This document shows, in pieces, positions 10,413 through 25,015 of a DNA stretch of 64,000 nt. Within the stretch, counting starts at the first letter, position 1. Each line of letters begins with the position of its first letter. Both the position numbers and the translations under genes were made by a program. Location: positions 19,114,769 through 19,178,768 of the forward strand of contig JAUZTB010000127.1 in assembly GCA_034780895.1 (NCBI GenBank), read 5' to 3'. Source of the DNA: Rhynchobatus australiae (taxonomy: Eukaryota). The notes under the pieces are model-generated. The model was not told the origin of the DNA. It saw nothing but the letters and a program-made list of their open reading frames with translations, and made no database searches.

Positions 10413-13400
10413 CTTGGGAAACCACCTTGGAATGTGGTAAAAATGTGACAAGGTGTTAAATAAGTACATTGTTCTTCTTTTGTAAGAAGACTTGAGTCTG
10501 GAAGTTTCTTGTCCCCCAAACACTGGCAGTTCCTCAGGAAAGTATATTCAAAAGTATATTTGTTTCATTTCTGTTAAGAAATCCAGGCTTAGATTATATA
10601 AATTTGACAAGTAAACTGCATTACTCTGAGGTGCATTTACATTCTAACTAGACCCTTAGTAATATTGGAATGGTCCAGTCAGTAAGCTGTTGACACATTT
10701 GGTCTGATAGAGATTCAGTTTCTTGATTTCATGCAACATACCATTAAGCTGTTGAGAAATGCAGCATTCTCCTATTCTATTCTTTCAGATATCTCAGTTT
10801 GAGTACCAATTGCCATTGCAGATTTCATCTGGAAGTGGTGTAATTAAAAGCAGGCACAGAATATAGTGATAAGCATTTTATTGTGTTACAATCCAAAATA
10901 CTTTGTTGGTTTGGCCACTTAGAAAAGGGTTGACATCAACTGTGTAAATGTCAATCCTCATCGGGATGGCAAGTTTCTGGTAGTATTTTCATTCATGTCG
11001 TGCAGTCTCAGTCTTTCCAAAACTCATTTGGAGCATAGAACACAAACCAATGAGATTAATTGAGAAAGCTATGTTTTCAGCTCCACCATTTTCATTGCAG
11101 ATTTTGTTTTTGCGCAACAGTGAACAGCACCAGGGATAAGGAGAACTAGATAGGTTGGGATTGACATTTAATATTTTATTCCCTACCACTCTTATCATTG
11201 CACAATCAGTGGTTGACTGGATCTGAATATTTGTCCACAAATCAAATACTCACCCCTAAAATTCTCCCCCCTTGTCTGAGTTGTTGACTCCTATTTTGAA
11301 ATGGTCTTGGGATGCAGCAGTCCCACCTCGCCAGGCTTGGGTAATGAACATCCATAGGCTACTCAGCTGTGTGTGTTATGATGGTGAAAGGCTGTCCTGC
11401 ACTCACTTGGCATGCACCAGCAGAGGTCACTGGCATGATCTCAGTTCAAAGCACGTAACATCCCAACTGCTGCTCTTGTCAAGATCAACAAGCTCACTAA
11501 TACTTTATGAACACTCATTGAATACATCCAGTGCTACTTTATATTTGTTATTGCTGAGTGGACTTGGCTGAATTGGATTTTTAATAATTCTGAAGATAAA
11601 ATCAATGTTAGATATGTGAAGGCATGCAATTTATCAATGACTGTATAACTATTAAAAGTGTTTTATAATCACAAAACAAAGTACTAAACAGTTAATATGC
11701 ATAAGTCAATAGTATAAAACTTACCTGCTTTTGAATCATTGTGTTTATTTGGCAGTGCTGGCTACCTGCTGCTTGGCTCTTGAGGCCATAATGCTCAGTG
11801 ACTCTTATGGGAAGCTGTGGTGTGATTCTTGAGCTGTTGCTGAGCCACAGAAGTTTGGGCCCTCAGCTCTGAGAAGCAACACCAGAAGTAGGTGATTCAC
11901 ATCCTAGCATTGGTCTTTGAGGGTAACCTGAGCTATGCCAGGAAAATTGCCCTTATTGCTACAAGGATTCACATTGCCATTGTGCAGCAACCAAAGCAGT
12001 TTTGTCAAGGCCGCCGTTTCTCTGAGCACAGGAGGCTGTGTGTCACTGAGCTGACCTGAGAACCAATGAGGCCGTCAGTCTCCTCAGTTGTCTACTATGT
12101 TTTAAAAGATAGTCAGTTTATGAACGTATCTCAATTATTAATGGTTTGTCATTCTCTGTGTTTCTCTTAATTCATTTTTTGGGATCTGGGCATCACTGGC
12201 AAGGGTAGGATTTATTGCTCATTTGTAATTACTCTTGAGAAGGTGGGGTTGAGCAACATTCTTAAACTGCTGCATTTCTTCTTGTGAGAGTACTCCCCAC
12301 AGAGCTTTCGTATGGGGAATTCAGAATTCGGACCAACCTAGATCCATACTAGCTACAGGATATCCAGTTTCTGACCTGCTCTTGTAGCCACATATGATTT
12401 GGCTGTTTGACTTTCTGGTCAAGTGGTGACCCTCAGAATGTTGATGGTGGGGGACATTTCATACACAATGTGAAAATCAGAATTTATGGACATATATTGA
12501 TTAACAGAAGTATCACATCTGCCAAACCTGTTAATGAGAAACTAAAATGCAGTGACATGCTACCAATGCCCTCTTCATACTGTTCATTGTTGTGCTGTCC
12601 TTTGTCTCAGTCTTCATGTCAGATTCACACTGGGGTATATCTTCTGCTGAGATCCACATGGATCTGATGGTGGATATGCCTGCAGTTGAGTAATCCCTGA
12701 GTGGAAGCAGTTGTGTAAACCTTCAGCAGAGTTCAGTGGCAAGCTCTTGTGCTGCCTGGTACGACTGAAACTGCTGCAGATTTCCCAGCTCTCAAGCCTG
12801 CTTAACCTGTATGATTCACCTGGTTCAAGTGTAGCAGGCTTTTAACCTGGATGGGGGCAATCAACTGCTGGGAGGAAATTTTAAACCTTTCATTTCAAGT
12901 TTATTGTCACAGGTATTGCATACTCTGGGTATAAATGCCATGAAAATTAGCTTTTTGCAGCAGCAACACAGTATATTATAAACATGACAAACATAAGTCA
13001 ACGTAAATTTAAATTAACATTAATCAAGGCTCATTGCAGTATTTTATTGTATGGATGTTAGTTTTAATAGCATTTTAAAAAAAAGTTTAACTAGTCCTGA
13101 GTGATTTTGAAGGATTGACTAAGTGAGGGGCCTTGCCCTCTGTCAGAACCATTCTGTTGGCACTTGCCTGGGGGGACCCTTCGCTACACCTTGCCTTTTG
13201 CTGATGAGCTGGGCCTGGGCTCCAAGTGGAAGCTTGAAACTGGGACCCTGCTGGTAGAAACAATGTTCAAACGCAGACCACCAGTGATTACAAGGCAACG
13301 GACAGTTCGCTATTTTAAAACTGATCCACAGTAAGATGCAGCCAGTACCTGGCATCCTGAGGTGCATTTGGACTGAATTTTGAAACTATCACAATGTTGA

Positions 13401-13914
13401 AGTATAAGTGAGGTGATTGATTTTGAATTTTTATCATGACCAATGCTTTTCTGGAGAATAGTAATCTTAAATGAACCCCTGGGAATTAGTATCTTTCAGT
13501 CCATGCATTTGTATTTTCAGGCCCTTTTTATTCCATCTGGAACTTTTAAAATACAGTGTTCAGTTAATGATTTATAGGGTTGTTTCAGAAGGAAGTGAAC
13601 TGTCCTTGAATAAGGTCAAGAGAAAACAACATTGTTAGACCACTTGCTGTTGCCTAAATAACTGCAGCTAAATCTTATTGTGTAGAGGATGATTGTGCTT
13701 GTGTCAGGCCAGTTCCACAAATAAACAGTGGGGATAGATATAAGTGGTTACAATCTACTGCCATTTAGCATTGCTAGATGTTATCAGTACATTATACATT
13801 TTCTGCAGCAGTGTGCAACTGATATTTAGCATTCCAAATTTAGTTTCCTAAACAGCCTAATGCTGTCTTCCTGTGGCTCTATCTGTTGCGTCTATTTTAC
13901 TTGTAGTACTTAGT

Positions 13915-14150
13915 GGTTGTGATCTGGGTTCGATCTTGACTTCAGGTGCTGTCTCTGTCTCTGTGGACTTTCCATGGTTTCCCTCTGAAGCTGCAGTGGC
14001 TTCCCAACAGCGTGCTGATTGGTACGTTAATCGGTTACTACAAGGTACCCCTAATCAGGATGAAGTTGATGCGTGTGTGAGAGAGATGGAATTTCTTTTG
14101 AGACTCTGCATGGGCTCTGGGCTAAATGGCCCCCTATTATGCTTTATGAA
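13915..14150 (+). mobile_element. Degenerate HE1-like tRNA SINE
   Basis: B-box-like gatctgggttcgatcttgacttcaggtgctgtct and a CR1-like tail gggctaaatggcc. Homologous to copies at 42310, 53043 and 60715. Confidence 0.65.
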
Positions 14151-17100
14151 AATATGAGAAATTAACGTGAATATAAACAGTACAATTTTTTTATAAGTAA
14201 AATGTGAGCTCTATTTTCTTCAGTTAATAAGCTGCTAATGAAAATAAAGGCCTGCAAGTGGGGTATAAGAGAAAACAGCCACTCTTAATCCTTATTAAAT
14301 AAGAAAAGCTGAGTTTGTAATTAGTCTTAAGTGGCTCGGTGGACCTTACCTAGAACCTCTTTTTCAGTTTAGGATTTTTCCTTTTAACATTGTTATGATG
14401 AGGGAGAAACTTCTTGTACAGAAAATTGTTGAGTGGAGACCAAATCTCAAAAGTGCAGTCTCAGATCTAGTCTTCTTTCTTTCTGATTTCTGATGAAGAA
14501 TCTCTGATTTGAAGCTTTAACAGTTTGTTATTCCATTGGTGTTGCCCAACTTGCTGTTTCCAACATTTTCTGTTTTTGTATCTCAAAAGTAGTTAATTGG
14601 CTGTCATGGGCTTTGCACCATTGCTGTGAATGGTGCTATGTAAATGCAAATGTTTTTCTTTGTGTTGACTTCTGGGGAAAGTGTGTAACTTTTCAGGTTG
14701 CTGTAATGTTCAAATCAGCAGCTTAGAATTTTTGCTGGAGAATCTCATTTATGAGGAAACTATCTCTGAATCTCTCTTTTTGCATTTTCTTAACCTGAGA
14801 CATCTCCCTTTTTGGAAAGGAGCCATTTCTGTTTTGTGGAAGCTTTCAAGGTTCCACAGAAATAGCAAAAATATCATCACAAAAGCTATTTTCTCTTTTG
14901 AAATTTAGTCATTTTTAAAATGTATTGTATTTACTTTGTTATACTTAGAAAAGGAATGCATTTATCAATTGGTATTTCGAACTAACAAGCCATTGTTGTT
15001 TGAAACAAAGTTATGCATAGACATTACAGTCGCGCTGTGCAACACAATTAGCAACAATAGCTAGCTGCAGCGAACCATTTGACCCTGCGAGTGCGTGCTC
15101 CATGCTGATGAAGAACTAGACATCCGGGCAGTGTGCATGGAAGATGGCGACACTTACACTCCCTGGTGAATGGATCAAAANNNNNNNNNNNNNNNNNNNN
15201 NNNNNNNNNNNNNNNNNNNNNNNNNNNNNNNNNNNNNNNNNNNNNNNNNNNNNNNNNNNNNNNNNNNNNNNNNNNNNNNNAAGCTATTTTCTCTTTTGAA
15301 ATTTAGTCATTTAACATGCATCATAATTGTAAGGAATTTGTTGTTTAAACACAGAGTCAAAGTACTTGAGACTGTCGGAAACAGTACTATTGGTCCCAGG
15401 GTTGGATTTATGCCAAACTCATTCTTGCACATTCTCAAACTCTCAGTATTCTGACACTATTAATCAGTTGAAGGACAGTTTGTATGTAATCACGTGAAAG
15501 GTTGTCAGACCAAAAGGGATGCAATTGTTTGGAATGCAGTTTGATTCTATTATATTTCATTACTAATGTATTCATTTTAGAGACTTGCAAAGTATATTTT
15601 AATACATAATATACTTTGACTACATAAATTGTTCACTCCTGTTTAATTTAAAGCATTATGGAATTATCCAGAAGTGCAAAGTAAACTGCAAGAGAGGATT
15701 TTTAAATATGGTTTGAATTGTTCAGTAATTTTGGTAAGTCAAATTAAGTGACTGAATGACTAGGAGCAGTCTGCACATACCCATCATCTTAGAACCACAG
15801 AACTCTGGAAAGAACTTTGAAAATAACTTTGAATCAGTTGTATTCTGAATGACTAGCAGAAAGGACTCCCCCAAATCAACAGGGTTTAGTCCATGTTTTG
15901 CAGTGTTTTTTTGACCTCCTTTGGGATTAATTGACCTCCTTTTGTTTGATTAGCTTATTCTTGATTGTTATCCAGGAATTTTCACTGCATATTGTGCGTA
16001 TAGACATCAGGTGCCGACAGGACCAGTTCCCAAAATCAATAGGTCCACTATCAGTGATTTACTAGGCTCATGCTTAAGAAATGGCTGCTTGGAAACACAT
16101 AGTGTAAAAAGCAATTGTGGAACTCCATATTAATCCAAAATAACTTTTCAAATGAAGGAGGNNNNNNNNNNNNNNNNNNNNNNNNNNNNNNNNNNNNNNN
16201 NNNNNNNNTATAAACTTTCCATTTCTGAAGAAGCTGAGAAGTAACTTGCAATGGAATTACTGGTGTCACCAGCTTCAATCTTGAAACTGAATAAGCATTC
16301 ACTCAACTCCACCCTCACAGTAAAGCTCAACACAATCTACACTTACTAGTACATAAGTGGAGCTGCTACTATATGAGCAATACTAATATTAGTGAGGCAT
16401 AAATGTCATTGTTTGAGTTTTGAAACTTGCCTCCACCAATATTTTGATTAAAATATATTCTCACTCTTGATTTCTGCTCCAGCTTTCTCCGTCAAAAGCT
16501 TTTTTGCATTAGTTGGATTCTATCTATGACCAAGAATTGAAAAATCTGTACTATATTAAATATCCCTCCTATCCCTTTTAATTTCCATTTATACAATCAT
16601 AAAGATCATTATAAACTCAATGGCAATGAAATCTTCCAACTCTCAAACACTTAAGTGCAATTCTAAGTTAATTAATAATGCAAATGTTTGAAATACCTTG
16701 AAGATTTAAGTTTTTCAGAATAGACATTGTGTTGCATGGCATTTGACTAATAAGGTGTAAGATGACCAGTAGAGCATCTATTAGAAACAAAAATATACTT
16801 TGCAGCAAGACAAGCTGGCGGCATTGNNNNNNNNNNNNNNNNNNNNNNNNNNNNNNNNNNNNNNNNNNNNNNNNNNNNNNNNNNNNNNNNNNNNNNNNNN
16901 NNNNNNNNNNNNNNNNNNNNNNNNNNTGCAGCAAGACAAGCTGGCGGCATTGAGTGAAACAAACCTTGTATTACTCAGGAAACCTTGCACATGGCATAAT
17001 GCAAACTATTCATGACACATCTAGGTAGAGATGCTTAGAGTAGTTGAACTCAATTCATTACATCATTATGGTCTCTAAGGGTGTTCTGGGAAGTGAAACT

Positions 17101-18199
17101 GGAAACCACCAGCATTTGCAGCCAAAACATCACGAATGAAGCACAAAAACTTGAATTGGATTTGCCTTATTGGGAATTGACTGTACAAACACACATTGCT
17201 GCTTTGCATCAGATAATGAATAAATTTGTATATACAGCATTTCTTTCTAAATGTTAATGTCAATGCATTGAACACTACCTCTAAATTTCATTCCATTGAA
17301 GTCAATGACATTCGTATCACCCAACTTTAACCAAGGGGGCACATCAATGTTTATTTTCATGGATGGGGACATTGTTGGCTGGACCAGCATTCATTATCCC
17401 TAAATTAAGTGGTTTACCAGGCCACTTCAGAGGGAGCAGAAGTCGCATGCAGGGCAGTGTAAGCAGATTCCCTTCCTCAAAGGCCATAAATAAACTGGAC
17501 AGGATTTTATAACAATCTGCTTATTTTGCAGTCCCCATTACTGATGCCAGATTTCAGATTTCCTAAATTAACAATTTAAATCTCCTATCTGCCACATATT
17601 TGAACTTTGTATATGACATTTATCAGTAATATTAAAATGTGCTTATATCTTGAGTATTTGTTCATGTGAAAGTGATTTTTTTTGTATGTGTATAGTGCAA
17701 TTAATATTTTTAAAGTTCTTAAATTTTTTTTTCAGTTAATATCTTCTAATACATTTCCCTTAAGGAATAAATAATGGAGCTTCATCATTCCAAAGATGCC
17801 TAGTCTGCAGAACTTGTTTTGATTGGATGAACTTTGTGATGCTGCATTTTTGTTTTGGTTTGTTCCCACATAGGAAGCTTCCACAAATATTAAAGGTGAG
17901 TGGTTTTACTGAAGTACTTGTAGCTTGCTGATCAGGTTCAGGGATCATAGAATCACTTCACCGGATAATATGCAGGGATGTCAAACATCTGACAAAGGAA
18001 ACAAACCACCTCCAGTGTTAATTTATAGGGACTGAAGCACTGACACCTTAAAGAACTATCACAGTGGAGTTGGTCATTCAAGTGAGCACCAAGGATATGG
18101 AAGGAAGCACTTAATTAGAGTGCTGAATCAATAGACACATGTCAGCTGGTATCAAATACACTATGACCTTTGATATAAAATACTTTGAAAGTCAGAAAT

Positions 18200-18350
18200 A
18201 AGTACAAAATGCTGGAAATCTGAAGTAAAACCTGAAAAGGCTGGAAACACCTCTGAAGGTCAGGTAGCATATATGGAAAGAGAAACAGCGTTAACGTTTC
18301 AGGATTTAGATTGGTTGAAGGGTCTTCATCCTGAAATGTTAACTCTAATT
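18200..18350. mobile_element. Penelope-derived inverted-repeat remnant (related remnants ~14480-14580 and ~29270-29500)
   Basis: aaatgctggaaatctgaa...gctggaaacac...aggtcaggtagcat...agaaacagcgttaacgtttcagg followed by the inverted cctgaaatgttaactct. Confidence 0.6.
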
Positions 18351-20811
18351 CTCACCAATCAGTGCCATACAAGCTGAGAAACAGCAAATGATTTGAAAAA
18401 TGTCCCACACTGATTTAAAAAAAATTGTATCTTTTAGTTTCTGCAGTGTTGAACTGTTCACTTACAGATTTGCTCAGTTGTATCTTAGCTCTTTTTGGCA
18501 TGTCAGTGTATCACCATAGTTACTTTTCAGGTAAATGTCCCATCCCCAGCAACTTGGTGGTGATGCACAGGCTACATTCAGATGGGTAAAATCAGTCATC
18601 TTTACACCCATCAGAGTTTACTGCCATTTCATTCATCACTAAATTTTCCAGCTGCTTGTGTTCCAAGGTGTTCACCAACAATATAATGAAATTCTCCATT
18701 TTAAAACTCCAGCTTCCATTTTGTTCCCTGTCAATATAATTTTCTGGTAACCTTGATTCCATTCCATAAATGCCAGCCCACGAAACTCCTGAAGCGCTGA
18801 GAATTCCAAACAAAATTCCAGTTTTTTTTAAGACCTGGAGCCAGCTTGAATAAATGTTGATAACCAAAGCTGTCACTTCAAGCCGACTGAACTCCCTTTG
18901 TACTGCATTTCAGGATTTTAAAAAAAAATTAAGTATACCTTGGGTTGGGTAGCTTATTTCAGTACTTTGTGATTGATAACTTGTTTAACCACAGAGTGAA
19001 ATGTATCCAGAAATTTGGCCAGCCACTTCCCAGCATGCACGTGGAGCACAGTTTCCCAACTAGACCTGCACCAGATTACACCATTCTCGATGCTAAATTC
19101 CCTTTGGAACATTATGGAGGAAATCAGGCTCTGTTGTCCCAGGAACAAATACGGTTGGTCACTCCTGGGTTTTTACAGTGCAACTTGAATGGGATTTAAA
19201 TAACTGCGACCCAGCCTATTAAACCACAGTTTACATTTGTGCAGTTGTTTTATTTAAGGCAACAATGTGCTTCAGAGGTCCTGGATTCACTGCTGCTGCG
19301 GCCTAACATTTGTATGCAAATCAGCTGTTATCTGAATTTGAAAATCTACGATGAGGCTTTCTGACTTAGATTGCCATCTCCCCTGGTTTTCTTTTAATGA
19401 GACTACTCAAGAAATTTCAGTGATTTCAGCAGCAAGGACAAAGAAAATGGGCAGAGATCAGAAGATAAATTAAGCCTTACTGAAGGGGTTTTATGAGTAG
19501 CCGAAGGTTTTGTTACAATCGTAGGACTGATTTTTAACTTGCAGTGTGTTGCACTGCTCCAGAAATCATAGACTCGAACAGCTCTGGAGATGGTCATTTA
19601 GCCTGTCCAGCCTTGTCTGGCACTTGTGCAAAGAACATGGTTGAAGGAAGGAGATTCTTTGATTAAAGTCAGAGCAATGTTTCTAAGTGAAGCAAGTCAG
19701 TTCCTTTTACTGCAGGTTTGAAACTATTCATTAAATATACAAGTACAAATAGAGCTCAGCAGCAACTCTGCACACCATTTCTAAGCATATCACAAGGCAA
19801 AAATGTGTAGGATAATGTTACAAAACATGTCCTAAAAGCAGTCTGAAATTTGCATATTACTTTTCAGAGATGGCGCACATTGCCACAAAGCTGTATCTGA
19901 GCAAGTCTAGGATATATTATTTCCAGAAGAGAACTATGTTAAAATTCTTGGTAAACTGAGTCTGTACCCGAATCATACAGCTGTCAGCATGGCACTGCAC
20001 ATGATGACATAGACAGAAATTGGAGCCACACTAAGAAGTGTGCACTCAGTATGATCAACCGTAATTGTATTTTATTTGTATTGAGGGCATTAACACTGTG
20101 TGGTTTCTTTCACTTAATGTGCTGTCTCATAAATACATTTGCAGGTATCACCTTTCTGTGTAAGTCTTTCACAGCTTGTGATGTACTAAAGTTGAAGGTG
20201 GAGTTCATATTTTCTGACGAGATAAACTGAGTTCCAGTGTGAGATTCTCAGCCTGTGTTTTATTCTTCGGAATTAAAAGCTGAAGTGAAAACTTTTGTTT
20301 CTGGAAAAAATATATATAGCTTGTTCGTTCAATTTGTTCCCTTCTCCAGAGGCAGCTGACTCAGGTTCACAGGTTATGCTACAGAAGTTCATCCTGTCTA
20401 TCATGTCCCTACTAGCTATGTGTAAGAGCAATTCAGCTTATCCCGCTCCCTTGCTCTCTCCCCTTTACNNNNNNNNNNNNNNNNNNNNNNNNNNNNNNNN
20501 NNNNNNNNNNNNNNNNNNNNNNNNNNNNNNNNNNNNNNNNNNNNNNNNNNNNNNNNNNNNNNNNNNNNCAGAAGTTCATCCTGTCTCTCAAGTCCCTACT
20601 AGCTCTGTGTAAGAGCAATTCAGCTGATCCCGCTCCCTTGCTCTCTCCCCTTTACCCTACTGCAACATAACTCCAAGTTGGCTGATAATGGTTTGGCCAA
20701 GTGGCCATTCTTCATGTGCAAGTCTAGACCTAACTGCTGGTAGGCTCTTCACCACTCACCAGCATAAGATCATTACTTGCATGCTCACTGTGTGGGCACA
20801 CTTCATATTTT

Positions 20812-21010
20812 AGAGACTGCAGATGTTGGAATCCAGAGCAACACACAATCCGCTGGAGGAACTTAGCAGGTCGGGCAGCATTGTTGGGGGGAAATGAAGG
20901 AATTCCCAATGTTTTGGGTCAATTCTAATGCAGAGTTACGACCTAAAATGTTGACAACTCCTTTTCCTCCCACAGATGCTGCTCAACCTGCTGAGTTCCT
21001 CAGCAGAGTT
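20812..21010. mobile_element. Penelope-derived palindromic element
   Basis: Left arm gaggaacttagcaggtcgggcagcat is inverted relative to right arm atgctgctcaacctgctgagttcctc. Same family as 48410-48813 and 57265-58818. Confidence 0.7.
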
Positions 21011-24000
21011 CCTTCACATTTTGTTTTCCTTAATCTATGAATGCTGAAGCCAAATGTGGAGTAACTCACTCAGCACAGATCAAGGATTGACTGTTGGATT
21101 CTTCCCATCTGGATTAGTATTGCACAGATTTGTTAACTAAACCATTGGAGTTGTTCTCCTTCACATCTGAAGGAAATGCTGTGTAAATAAGTGTGTGTGT
21201 GTTAACCAAGTTAATAACAACAATCAAGGATTCATCTATTATAAAGGTCAATTGGCTTCTAAATTAGCCTTGATAAATTGTTTCCTCCAACCATCTCCCC
21301 ACACCTCATCAAACAAATTTTCTCCACCTCTGTCTCGTCTGCCTCTTTCTACTTCCATCTGTGATTCTCCTCCCCTCTCTGATGCCTCTGTCCCATTTTC
21401 ATTTCTAGAATCTGTTTTCTCCTCTACAAGAGCCCCACCTTCTTACTTTGCTTGACCCAAATACTGCATAGTCAGTTTTGACTCTGCTTGCAATACTGTG
21501 CAAGTTTGATTGTTATTTGAAAATAACGTTGTTTTAATATCCTGGCATTACTTAGAGCAGCCATTTTTATATGCCACGTACTGTTGCTGTAAGTCTGCTT
21601 GCTGCAGTGGTTAATTTCCCTGACTCTGTTGCATTTACAAGATTCTAACATCATTACAGGAACAGGATTGCAATTGCGCTCGGAAGTGATAGGCACTCCT
21701 TCACACTGCATTAGGTCAGTCCTATGCTGCTCATTAGCTTCCCCTGGGATATCAACTCAGAGACTCCTTCGACATTCCAGTGTTGTGTAGGCTTGCTTGG
21801 CAGATTTGTTGTGTGCCAGCCAAATCCTTTGTAGCTACTGTCTGAAAAGGAAGTGGCTGGTGGTGCTTGAAATACATTTGCTTTTCTGCCTGAGGTGAAG
21901 CAAGATAGCTGACTTCAAAGGAATCCATACAGTAAAGCTGTCAGTTTTTCTCTGTGATCTTTCTGGACAAAAGACAGAGGCCATGTCAATATAGGTGCAA
22001 TCACATGAACCCAGATGTTGATATCTATATTTTAATGCACAGAAACATACTTGCAATAGAGAGACTACGTAGAAAAAAATGTCACAAAAATGCATTCAAT
22101 CCCTTGTTTTAGGATGAAAAAAGACTACGTCCGTCATTTAAAAAGAAATTCATTTGCAGATGTGGGTATCCTGAGCAAGGCTAGCATTTATTGTTCTTGA
22201 GAGGGAGCCACCACCTTGAACTGCTGCTATTCAAAGCATAGAAGTTTGATGCGGTTGAACAACTTGCTGGACCATTTCAGGTGGCAGACTGCTGTGGGTC
22301 TGAAGTTGCATATAGTGCAGACTGAGTAAGGGCAGCAGATTTTTCACTGAAGGACATGAGTGAACCAGGTGGATATTTAGACCATTGATGACCAAGTTAT
22401 TTAATTTACTGAATCCCTCCAGTGCCTTGGTTGGGTTTTAACACTCATTACTGGATTATTTCCTGCTGCAGATGGTGAGGTCCAAAGCTCTGGCACTACT
22501 GAACATTGCAGTTTTTGGCAGCGAGAGTGTGCTGCCTGGGACAGAGGACAGTTCTGAGCAGTGGGTGGAGTGGAGGAAGGGGCTGGGGCCAGCTCAGGTC
22601 AGCGATTGGGTGAGCACATGATGGTTGGGGGCTGTGAAGAAGCAGGTGAAGATTGGTGACCCCATTGGATTGGGTACTACAGAGGGGAAATCAGTGGGTA
22701 GTGCCTGGAGTGATTGGGTAAAGATTGGTGGGTACCATGGTGTCAGCTGGTGGAACTGAAGGATAAAAGTATGGAAGTTACGTTATCAGAGGCAGGACTA
22801 CTCTTCTCTGTGCAGACATGTTTTATCCCAGGAATGATCAGCAATGGCAGCCACGAGGATAACATGATTTAATGTCCCATATAAAGCTCCAAAGGACCGT
22901 TGCCAGGGGAATGATGTCAATTGATGCACGATTGACATAAAAATTGTCAGTCCTGCTTGGAAGACTTGCATCAGAATGCACCCAGTCAAATATCTGGAGT
23001 TATGCACAATGAACATAATATTGCTTTTGACTCTGTGGGGAGAACATTTCAAACATGTAATGTTCAAGTAAGCAGCACAATGGTTTAATTTCCAGGCCTT
23101 GTTTGTAACTGAAAAGAGGAAAGGTGCAAAGCTGTATAACTCCTTTAAATGGATGGACACTGGTGCATAGGAGCTGCTCATGGGACGATTTGAGAGTGTG
23201 TTTCATTATGACCTCTGCCATTCATCTGAGAAATATTACTTGGGTGAGGGAAGATTTATTTTCTGGGATAAGAGACATGTTTGTTGTTGATTTTTGGGGG
23301 GTTTATTTCAACCTTTGACACTAGTGTGCAATAGTAGATTGATCATTCAACTTGTCTGATTTTGCTCCTCTGAAGCCAAAGATTAGAAAAATTAGTAAGC
23401 AGTCTTTGGGCAACTCATTAGTTATCAATATAATAAAAGATTTTGGAAGAGAGAGAAGATAAATGGAGAATAAGCTGTTTTATGCAAAGCTACTGGATAA
23501 TGTTCAAGGTCCGTCCAGAAATGAGAGAAGTATTTGCAGGATACAAAGTTAACTAACTTTAGGAAGTGAAAAGAACAAAGTTTATAGAACTGGTGAGTTT
23601 TAAACATCCAATTGTGAATGTTTTGCATTTAAGTGTACTTCTGCATAGTGAGCTTGACTGCAGTGACTGGAGTTTGATCCTTTACCAGTTGTGTGGGGAA
23701 TAACACAAATGAGGCATGTTAGTTGTTATGCTTCATGCCAAAGAAATGAAAAGTTAGGCACTCACCAGCAGTGCCCATTGGCTCATCACATAGCCCAGAC
23801 TCTCGGGTATCTGAATATCATTAAGTTCAGAAAATCCTAGAAATGTCAAACCAGAAAATCTTGCACAAGTCTAAATCTGTTGTAGCCAATGCAATTAATG
23901 TAAACAATGTAATTAATAGACAAGGTCCTATTTATACCAGCGCTGGTAGAAACTAGGAGAATTCCAGTTTCTGGTTGAATGTCTTTCAGTCTGGATTCTA

Positions 24001-24640
24001 CTCCTGATCAATGTACCCACCTGTACCATGTAAGGAATGGCTGGGAACCTTCCTTGCTTGTCCCAAAGTATCTGGTAATTTGTGAATGTTACCAGTTCTT
24101 TGGGGACTGTGGGATAAACTGTTAAATAGTGAACTCTATTCTGCAAGCCAGTGACCGCTGAGGCCTAATGGGAGCCATTACTTCAGAAGCAATTGTTACT
24201 GGTGTTTCACAGTCAGCTAAATGCCAAAGTTTCTAGTTATGGATACAGGGCACATCATTAGCCTCAACAAGTGCAACATTTCATATTGTTCTTGGAAGGG
24301 ACGTTAATTGGAAGGTTCAACAATTTGGACTTTCATTGTTGTGTGCAACTATTGTTTTAAAAATAAATTGGGTTCTTTGATTAGGAAAGTGCAAGTTATG
24401 AATTTTCAGCTACACATTTAATCATCTTTTCATCCCTACTTGAATCTCAGACCCAGCTATCATTGCTGTGTTAAATGCATAGTATTAATGGAAGCAGCTT
24501 GCTCCATGAAGTATGACTGGTTTTATTCAATCTTCACTTTCCTGTCCATCAGTTTTGAAGGAAAATGGTGTGATGAACAAGTCAGCAAAGTATGCTTGGT
24601 CTGTAATGAGATCGGCCTGGTATTACTGAATGTATCACTT

Positions 24641-25015
24641 TGAGTCATAGAGTCATGCATCACAGAAACAGGCCCTTCAGCCCAACCAGTCATGCTGACC
24701 AAAATGCCCATCTAAGCTAGTCCTATTTGGCCCAGAACCCTCTAAACGTTTCCTATCTGTGTACCTGTACAAGCGTCTTGTAAACATTGTTTAAATGATC
24801 CATGTACTGACCACCTTCTGGGTGGAAAAAGTTGCCCTCCCTATTAAATCTTTCCCCTCTCACCTTAAACCTATGCCCCTCATGATCTTCTCCTATGCTC
24901 CAATGAATAATGTCCTACCCTGCTCAACCTCTTGCTATAGCTCAGTCCCTTGAGTTCTGGCAAAGTCTTTGTAAATCTTTTCAGCACTCCTTCCAACTTC
25001 ATGGCATCTACCCAT
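24641..25015 (-). mobile_element. CR1 LINE 3' fragment
   Basis: Minus-strand translation DAMKLEGVLKRFTKTLPELKGLSYSKRLSRVGHYSLEHRR and tail WAEGPVSVMHDSMT (gagtcatagagtcat...acaggcccttcagccca). Confidence 0.85.
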
